From Paraspadella gotoi (taxonomy: Eukaryota; Animalia; Chaetognatha): 64,000 nt of DNA. How positions within the stretch are numbered: position 1 is the stretch's first letter; each line of letters starts with the position of its first letter. Shown piece after piece: positions 54,654 through 64,000 of this stretch. The notes beneath the pieces are model-generated. The model was not told the origin of the DNA and did not search any database. It was given only the letters and a program-made list of their open reading frames with translations. Where the stretch lies: NCBI GenBank assembly GCA_051294375.1, contig CM119267.1:11159045-11223044 (forward strand), read 5' to 3'. The position numbers and the translations under genes were made by a program.

Positions 54654-57600
54654 CCGAAAAAAAAGAGGGAAAGAAAGAAGAGCGAGAGAAATATTTGAGA
54701 GCAAAATAAATCCATTATTGATCATTCTCTCTTTTTTTAGAGTAAACAAGTTGAGCTGATAAACGGACAGGCCCCTTCTACGCAGCCACCTTCGAAAATT
54801 TACCGATTCTCTTTTTTTTTCAAAGGCACAAAAAGGCCGACCTGGTCTGGCTCGAACCCAATAATTTGGAGGACTGAATTGTCGATCGAAGCGACACGAA
54901 TCGATAATAAACATGTCCAGGAATGAAAGATAAGAGAAGATACGAGTTACAGGGTCTTCTCCCCGAAGCGCACAACTTGGTTCAAGCGCCCGCCCTCATT
55001 TGTAGAATCGGAAATTCCCCGGAAGGATTCCGTCGCAACTTGAGCGTGTAAGAATTATAAGTAAAAATCTCTAAAAGTAACGGAATTTAAAAATATAAAT
55101 CTCTTTCCACTCTGATCTATTGTTGTTTATTTTTTAATATTCTTTCTTGGTTTTGAGGTTTTGACGGTTTGGTCGACGAAATACGCCGTAGCATTAAGTA
55201 ATATACTAAGCACAGAACCAATTTGGAGACTAATAATTTCCGAAATTCTCATAAAAATAATTTTCATTTTCCGCCTAACAAACTTCTTTACGACGTCAGG
55301 CCGACTTGTTTGTACCCAGCCGAAAACTAATTAACTCGTTTGCGGGTTTAAAAATGTTTCTGAGAGTAAAATATATTATCCATAACTTAAACTAATAATG
55401 CTTCTTCTTTGGGGTGGTTAAATGTTTTTGAAAAATAAATCACGCGCTAATTGTAACACGGTCCAAAGAATAAATTGAGTTTTTCGACTTTTTAATAATA
55501 TTTCTCTCTCATCTCTCTCATCGAAAGATTCTTTGATTCTCTCTCTCTCTCTCTTTTTCTCTCTCTCTCTCTCTCTCATGCGCTCATCCTTTCTCCCTCG
55601 CCTTCTAACTCCCTCCCAAATAAGAAAGGGTCTAACACGATATCGATTTTTAAAACACTTTTTTTAACGAGAAGTTTTTTGGCTCGAGCTGTTAACATCT
55701 TTCGATTCTTCTTAATTCGCCCATCTTTGTTTTCCGCTTTGTTCTCTCGACGTCCAGGACTCGAACCCCCCGCTCCTCCCCCACACTTTTCCCTTTAGGG
55801 CCGTTCTCTTCGTCTCTCCCCCCACCCTTTCACCCACAGACAATTAAAACGACTCTTTGCCCGATTTTTACTTCGTCAAAAATAGTAAGGAATCGCGCCC
55901 CCACGCCCCTTGTTCATCTGACGAAACATATTTCTCGTTCTTCACCTACAAACAAAAAAATAAAAATAAAAAAGAGAAGAAAAACGGCGGCGGCGGATGT
56001 TCAATAATCGAGCGGCTCGATAAAGTCTCTCTCTCGTCTCGTTCCTCTCTTCTCTCCGTCTCTCTCTCTCTCTTCTCTCTCTCGTCTCTCTCTCTCTCTC
56101 TCTCTCTCCTCTCTCCTCTGCCTCCCTGCTCGCAATCTCTTTTCCCATTCAGAAAAAAAACTCCTAAAAGCGGACTTACGGCTTGACGGAATCGAGTAGG
56201 GTCCCTCTGTCCGTCAACGTCCCTCTATGTCTCCCGATTCATGTTGGGGACCAATTTCCTGCCAGCGACTGACAAGGAAAGGGAACAACGAGTTAGTATC
56301 GCCGAGGCTGGAGTAGAAATCCCAAATAAATCTGGCACATCAATCTTTTTTCTCTTTGAAAGAGTCTGAGAGATAGAGACAGAGAGAGAGAGAGAGATCG
56401 TTTTCTCTTTTTCCCACTCTCCAACTCTCCCTTAGTCACCCTCCCAACATATACGATTCCTTCGCGTGTCATTCCATCGCCAGGATTCGAACGCTAAACC
56501 TCGGAGGCCGATGGCATCGTCACTGTCCGCTACAAGGGGCGTTACAATGGTTACAAGGAAACGGGACAAAGACGACGNNNNNNNNNNNNNNNNNNNNNNN
56601 NNNNNNNNNNNNNNNNNNNNNNNNNNNNNNNNNNNNNNNNNNNNNNNNNNNNNNNNNNNNNNNNNNNNNNNNNNNNNNNNNNNNNNNNNNNNNNNNNNNN
56701 NNNNNNNNNNNNNNNNNNNNNNNNNNNNNNNNNNNNNNNNNNNNNNNNNNNNNNNNNNNNNNNNNNNNNNNNNNNNNNNNNNNNNNNNNNNNNNNNNNNN
56801 NNNNNNNNNNNNNNNNNNNNNNNNNNNNNNNNNNNNNNNNNNNNNNNNNNNNNNNNNNNNNNNNNNNNNNNNNNNNNNNNNNNNNNNNNNNNNNNNNNNN
56901 NNNNNNNNNNNNNNNNNNNNNNNNNNNNNNNNNNNNNNNNNNNNNNNNNNNNNNNNNNNNNNNNNNNNNNNNNNNNNNNNNNNNNNNNNNNNNNNNNNNN
57001 NNNNNNNNNNNNNNNNNNNNNNNNNNNNNNNNNNNNNNNNNNNNNNNNNNNNNNNNNNNNNNNNNNNNNNNNNNNNNNNNNNNNNNNNNNNNNNNNNNNN
57101 NNNNNNNNNNNNNNNNNNNNNNNNNNNNNNNNNNNNNNNNNNNNNNNNNNNNNNNNNNNNNNNNNNNNNNNNNNNNNNNNNNNNNNNNNNNNNNNNNNNN
57201 NNNNNNNNNNNNNNNNNNNNNNNNNNNNNNNNNNNNNNNNNNNNNNNNNNNNNNNNNNNNNNNNNNNNNNNNNNNNNNNNNNNNNNNNNNNNNNNNNNNN
57301 NNNNNNNNNNNNNNNNNNNNNNNNNNNNNTGTTTGCTGTAGACGAGGTTTGCCAGGTCATCTTGAAAATATATCCATAAACATTCCTTTATTGTCTCCAA
57401 AACAGTCCAAAACAAGGCCATTGTTTGACTATGAATCAGACGAGCCTGGAAACATTCCTGGGAATGCAGTTCCGATTCCACACGCTGGCGCCTTAGTCCT
57501 TGGCGCCGTCGTCGTCGTCGTCGGCGCCGTNNNNNNNNNNNNNNNNNNNNNNNNNNNNNNNNNNNNNNNNNNNNNNNNNNNNNNNNNNNNNNNNNNNNNN

Positions 57601-58728
57601 NNNNNNNNNNNNNNNNNNNNNNNNNNNNNNNNNNNNNNNNNNNNNNNNNNNNNNNNNNNNNNNNNNNNNNNNNNNNNNNNNNNNNNNNNNNNNNNNNNNN
57701 NNNNNNNNNNNNNNNNNNNNNNNNNNNNNNNNNNNNNNNNNNNNNNNNNNNNNNNNNNNNNNNNNNNNNNNNNNNNNNNNNNNNNNNNNNNNNNNNNNNN
57801 NNNNNNNNNNNNNNNNNNCCAATTAATCCTTTTTATTTCGTAGTAATGACAGGAGGAGTGGAGTTTTAACGTCTTTTTGACAAAGGTGGCCCCAAATTTA
57901 TTTTTAAAAAAAATTTACGGGGCTCACTGTATACACTGTATATCAGTATACACAGAGTATTTCATACAAGTAGCTTGCAAGCTCTTAATTTAATTTTGCT
58001 CTCCATTCCTAATAATAAAGTACGTTCCTCAACGAATTTCGCGAACGAAAGCATCATTTCATAATCCTTCCACGATTTGAGGGTTAAAAACTCGTTAAAG
58101 ATTTTTTTTTTCTCTTTCAACGACGATGAGTCACGAGTTTCGATTTTGAGAAAAAAAAAGAAAGATTTTAAAAAAGACGACGATCTTTCGTTTTCTAAAA
58201 CATCACATTTCCGGGGAGACTGTTTTAAGATTGAAAAGTAGTTATCGTTTTCAATCGTTTTCCATTAATCTATATCCTCCAAAAGTCGGATCTTGTTATC
58301 CGATCCCGAAAATATGCGATGTAAATTTTTTTTTCTTTTTTCATTCCCCCGCCCAATCACGCACCCATGTAGTTGAACAAGCTAAAACTATCGCTAAACG
58401 TCATAATTCCTATCTCTCTCTCTCTCCATCTCTCTCTCTCTCCTCTCTCTTCTCTCTCTCTCTCTCTCTCTCTCCTCTCTATCTCTCTCTCTCTCTCTCT
58501 CTCTCCTCTCCTCGTCGCCTCCCAACGAACCACGAAACGCATCAATTTCCTCTCAAGATTTATTTTGGCGCCGAATTTTTTGACGAGAAAATCGACGAGA
58601 GAAAATTTTTTTTCTCTCGCCAACTCCTATTTTGTTTTGGGAGGGGGAAGGGCGAATGGTAGGGGGGTTTGGGGTGAGAGGGAGGGGGGTATGGGAGATG
58701 GACGAAAACTATTGGGGTAATGAAAGAG

Positions 58729-59335
58729 TAAGGCGTAGTGAAAGTTACATCAAAATTCTAAAAAGTCAATTATGAAAACATACCATCAGTGAACATTAAT
58801 TTGTAAAAAAAAATTAATTTTATGTTTTTTAATTTTCGCAGTAGGCTATATTTATATATAGTACTAACCTTATAAATCGAAAATTTCAAAATAAGCTTTT
58901 CTTAATTTTGATTGCAGATTTGATTTCCTCGTAAAAAGTTGATAAAAGAAAATATAAGTCATTTTTAAAAATTCTTTTCATTAAGTGGGTTAAAAATTAA
59001 AAAAACTATATTTAATATAGGAAAAAGTTAATTTTCAGCTTAAATATAGCTTTTTTCTCATTTTTGACCCACTTAATGAAGGAATTTTTCTAAAAGAGTT
59101 ATATTTCTTTTATCAACTTTTATGACGAATCCAAATCTGCAAAAAATCTTACAAAAAACTGTTTTGAAATTTGAACATTTATTGGTTTAGTTAGTATAAA
59201 TATGGCTACTGCGTAAATTGTAAAATTTATTATAAATTTTTTTATTACATAAATGTTCATTAATATAATGTTGTTCGTTCCTCACTTTTAGAATTTTAAT
59301 TAAAGTTAAATTTAGAAAATTTACAGTACGCCTTA
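58729..59335. mobile_element. ~600-bp foldback (MITE-like) non-autonomous DNA transposon
   Basis: Termini TAAGGCGTAGTG / CAGTACGCCTTA. Imperfect inverted match along both ~290-bp arms, e.g. AAAAGTTGATAAAAGAAA/TTTCTTTTATCAACTTTT, TTCATTAAGTGGGT/ACCCACTTAATGAA and TGCAGATTTG/CAAATCTGCA, with a short central spacer. Confidence 0.8.
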
Positions 59336-60241
59336 ATGAAGAGGGTTCCGGGGTAGAAAGTTTTTCAGAATCATGGGTGCTGATCTGTTGAGTGGAGGAA
59401 GAGAGGGGGTGGGTTAAAGGGGAGAATTAGGAGGGCACGAATGATTCAATGAATTGTGATTAGAAAAGAAGAGTTAATGCGTGGATGTGTCTAGTGAAAA
59501 TGTGTAGGGATTAGACCGGAATTGAAAAATTAAAAAAAATTTATAACAAAGTTCAGTTAACGTCGTTTGTTGTCAAGCACGATTAAGAATATTGATATAT
59601 TCATAAAGTAGTAGCGGTACATAAGTCAAATATTGTCTTTACATTTTGCCATGTATTTTCAATTTTTAGTTTCAATTTTGTGATTTTCACTGATTTTCAC
59701 TTCTTTTCAACGACAGACAGACAACAGACAAAAATGAAAAACAATTTTCGAATCTTGCACCGGAATTACGTTATGAAAAGGTTTTACATAATATTTTAAA
59801 GTTGAGTTTATTGAGCAGTGGTTTCGTTTTTTTGTTTGCATAATATTTGAACTAAAAAAACTGCGTCACTCTCGGTTACAACGTGCGGTCTCTTTTCTAA
59901 AAAATCCGGCGCCGAAAATGTAACCTGCATCCAACGTATCCTGTTTGTGGAGGGAAAAACATAAATAAAGAAAAAAAGATCGGGAGTCGAGATTATTTTG
60001 ACATCGAGAGGCGACAACGAAGAAAAAGAAAGAAAGTGAGAAAATGTGAAATGGAGAAAGTGGAGTGAAAGTTGAGGGTGGAGGTGGAGGGTGGAGGGTG
60101 GTGGAGAGGGGTAGGGATGGGGAGGGGTGAATGCGATTCGGGGGAAAGTTGAGGGGTTGAAATGAAAAGAAAGTTGTGAAGGGTAAAGAGGGAATGTGCG
60201 ATAAGAGGGTCTGAGAGAGAGAAGAGAGAGAGGAGAGAGAG

Positions 60242-60276
<35 letters not shown>

Positions 60277-60434
60277 GAAGAAAAGGAATCAAGTTGATAA
60301 AAAAGAGGAATTCCTTTTTTTTTCCGCCCGAGATTCGCCGAAAAAAAATTTATCTCTGAAATCTAAAACGATAGTGAACTCGAAAGGAATAATCGTGCGT
60401 GTGAGGGCGAGAGAGAGAGGGAGAGAGAGCAGAG

Positions 60435-60480
<46 letters not shown>

Positions 60481-61910
60481 CGAGAGAGAGAGGAGTGCTA
60501 AAAGTTTTTTTTTATTTTGAGTTTGATTCCTCAGAATTTTAAAAAAACAAGGAAGTTTTCCCTCAGAAAAAAAAAAAAAAAATCAAAAGAATTCAAATAG
60601 AAAAAGAAAGAAAAAATTATTAAACAAAAAACCGACGTGGTGAGAATCAAAATTTTGGTCGAATGTCGGCAAAATTCTGAGGGCGAGACGTAACCAGCGA
60701 AATAAACAAACTGTCGTTCGTTTGTCGGTCGTCGTTTGTCGTCGTCGTTGTTGTTGTCGTTTGTCGTCTTCTTGAAAAAAAAAATCGATCGCGGAAGAGG
60801 AAAAAGAGGAAAAGGAAAAAAGTCAGGGGAAGAAGAAGAAAGACAATTGTCTCTCTCCCAAATTCCCATCCAAACGTCTTCCTCCTTCCGACAGGTACAC
60901 AACAGACTTCAAGGTAAAAATTAAAATTGTTTATTAAACAAAAAAACACCACAAATGTTTTGTCGAAGAGTTTTGTTTAGAATTTCTCGCGATCGAAGGA
61001 AAGGAAGAAGTGATCGCTCGTGACGTCGAAAGGTCTCGTCCTTCGATGAGTTTGTTTGTTTGTCGAAAAGATAAATTGGGTCAACATGAGTTGTTAGGAG
61101 GGGGGGTGGAAGAAGGGCGGGGCTTTTAGGCGCAGAGGGTCGTCGTTTCCGTTAAAATAAATCTCTCGACAATTGGGCGACGAGGAAATAATCTCTGAGA
61201 TAACGAGATGACGAGGAATAAATCTCTTTGATAATCAGTGATCGGTGAATGAATCGCAATTAGTGAAGAAGAAAAAAACCTCGGTTGACGTTATGCGTCG
61301 GATTAATTATAACGATCTGGTGAAAAAAAAACATAAATATCTGGAAATGAGAAATAAATTTTAGCGATGATCTTATCAAACAAATAAATCTCCGCTATGG
61401 AGAGTCAAATGGGAAATTAAAATTGATCTATGGACTGGGTTTTTGTTGACGACAATATATACCGAGAGCCTATTGGACACTCATGTAGCTTGATCAACGG
61501 TGGATGCATAGTTAGATAAGAATCAATCTTTCTTCATAATTATATGCTTACAAAGCAGAAGCAGGCCTTACCTTATTGCCTTATTGTCGCATTTAGTCTT
61601 TCTTTATCACCGCTTCTGACTTTTCACAAGTTTGTCGAGAGAGCCTTTTTTCTTCAGTTACCCAACACCTGCTATTCTCAAAAGACCAATCTCTCTTCTT
61701 TCTCTTCTCTCTTCTCTTATTTCCTGCAAATTTTCAGTAAACCTTCTTGCCGGTTCTTTGCCCTGCAACCCGCCCTGCAACCCGCCCCGCTACTCCGCCT
61801 TGAAACCACCTCCTGTCACCACTTTCAAAAACCCCCATTCGTCGATCCACTCGTGGCATTTGGAATTTCTCTTTTTTTTTCTTGGCTTCTTTAATCCGCT
61901 TATGGCAAAC

Positions 61911-61988
<78 letters not shown>

Positions 61989-63297
61989 GTCCACTCTGCA
62001 GTCTCGAGAGCTATTAATGCCCTCTTTCTGTTATTGAGTAAAACGAGATGGAGAAAGGAGAAAAAAAGAAGCAGCGGATGAGTTTTCGCGATAGAAATTC
62101 GGCTGCTTTTGTTTTTGTTAGAAAAATACGGCAGCGTCTGCTTTTTTGATACAATTTTTTTTTAGTTAATAAATATTGAAATATGAAATCTAAATTTTCG
62201 CGTTTTCACCGGAGAGAAATTCTAAAATATCAAAACGAAAAGAAATATTTAACCAAACTTCTGAAAAACCTCGAATTTTCTTTTGTTATTCTCATCGTCA
62301 TGGTTACTGTTGTCGTCTTCGTCTTAGTCATGGTGACTAACGGCGAAGAGACACGTGCGAACGGGAATCACGCCAGCGACAATCGCCCCTTGATTTCTCA
62401 ATCTCCATGCGAACGAAGAAAGCGCGCGCGGCCTGAACATCATACGCGCGCGTCATATCTCGGAAATTCTTGACCCGTTTCGATCGCTCGGTTCACAAAT
62501 TCGCTTCGCCCGCTTCACCCGCTTTTCCCGTTCCTTTGACCGGGCCCGGGACGTCCCGGTCGGGCGGTCGGCTCCTTTTACGAGGGACTTTGATCGCCTT
62601 TATCGCTTTAATGGGATTTTCCCGGTTGACCGCGATGTCAGAGAAGCTAAGCCCGGTTTTGCCCGGTTACGACATCAACGGACGTCGAGGTGGCCCGCGT
62701 AATGAAGCGGGCAAAGGAGCGGTCAGAAAAGAAAGGGAAAAATTGATCGTTAAAGTGACCAAAAGAATTAAACGCCGCGAGAGAAAAAAAAAGGGGGAGA
62801 GCGAGACAGCAGTCAATGCTGCGGGTTATAATAATGAGAAGCGAGAAAGAGTGTGAAGTTAACTGAACCTCGTGCAAAGTCAGGAGAAATTATTACCGAA
62901 GACCCCCTCGGACTTTTGCCCGCTTCCTTTATATAGTTGTTATAATTATAAACTAAGAAATTCTATCTTATTTATAAAGCAAACTTGGTTGCTTTTATGT
63001 ATATTTCAAGCAAACGCAAACAACGCATCTAACTAATATCCAAAACCACAACTAGGACGGTCTTGAAAAAATTTTTGGCCGCGTCCCCTCGATAAGATTT
63101 TCGGGTCTTTCATTCCCAAAAAATATTTGTTCTTTGGAATATTTTTCTTCATTCGTTAACCATTTTCTTTTCAAGGTTCGACACAGTTTCTCGACCGTGT
63201 TTGTCTCTGATAAGGAAAAACCTCCTTTCATTTCTTATCGTCGTTTTTTTCGCTTTAGAAATTAGTTTCTCGCAATTGCGGCATAATCGGGCTCCTC

Positions 63298-63374
<77 letters not shown>

Positions 63375-63834
63375 CTCTCGTCTGCATATTACAGTACAAT
63401 CTCAACTGATAAGAAGGCAAGGTTTTTNNNNNNNNNNNNNNNNNNNNNNNNNNNNNNNNNNNNNNNNNNNNNNNNNNNNNNNNNNNNNNNNNNNNNNNNN
63501 NNNNNNNNNNNNNNNNNNNNNNNNNNNNNNNNNNNNNNNNNNNNGGGTACGATAATGTCTCCGCAGTCATCGTTATTTTCCTTTGACCGGAAAAGGCCTT
63601 CCCTCTTCTCCACCTCCCTCGGTCTCTCTCCACCCCAACTCCCAACTTCCGACGCTAACTGACTTTTTTACCGACTTTTTTACGACTTGGTCCGAAGGGT
63701 GAGTCCTCGATTGCTCTCGATCTCTCCCCTCCTCTCACGAGCGCGTGAAAACAGTCGTGGACGGGGTTAAGTCGAGTCGAGTCCGGCTCAGTTAGGCCGA
63801 GTCGGACAGGGCTCTTTTCGTCATTTTTAAAAGT

Positions 63835-64000
63835 AGATATAACGTCCTTCTTAGAATATAAATATGATAGATTTGATTTGATAGGATATGAAGATAAATA
63901 TAACATGATATGAAGTAGATATGATTTCCTTCTTATGAGGTGAATATGATAGATATCAAGATATGATTTGATATGATATGAGGATAGATATAACATGATA
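63835..64000. repeat. GATAT-rich minisatellite, ~90-bp period, running off the window end
   Basis: TAACATGATA at 63901 and 63991; CCTTCTTA and AATATGATAGAT are each repeated. Confidence 0.7.

Noticed and set aside
56432-57843. Long ORFs spanning gaps
   Set aside because: Mostly N. The short flanking peptides are unidentifiable.
62183-62877. GC-rich ORFs near the window end
   Set aside because: No consistent frame, start context or recognisable motif; may be a CpG-rich regulatory region.

Overview
This is eukaryotic DNA from an invertebrate animal. It has spliceosomal introns mostly 60-170 nt long, an innexin gene, very abundant (GA/CT)n microsatellites and many N gaps, so it is a draft assembly. 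Three gene types can be built exon by exon: (1) a 4-exon innexin, minus strand, 4741-7144, 450 aa; (2) just upstream on the same strand, a 3-exon gene for a 150-aa secreted protein made of a signal peptide and three integrin-beta-type EGF repeats, 7637-8484; (3) a 13-exon long-chain acyl-CoA synthetase (ACSL1/5/6 family), intact at 44640-47895 and frameshifted at 33710-36974. The two ACSL copies lie in a ~10.5-kb tandem duplication across an N gap that looks like a noisy long-read artefact. One ACSL intron is GC-AG and holds a compact GC-rich segment with nested stems, a candidate structured RNA. The window also has a few short GC-rich orphan ORFs, a ~600-bp foldback element, a degenerate TIR element, dispersed and tandem repeats, and several probable assembly artefacts. 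I cannot demonstrate a new biological system. The best leads are the intronic structured element and the mini integrin-EGF/innexin pair. Most ORFs in the supplied track are microsatellite or low-complexity noise.
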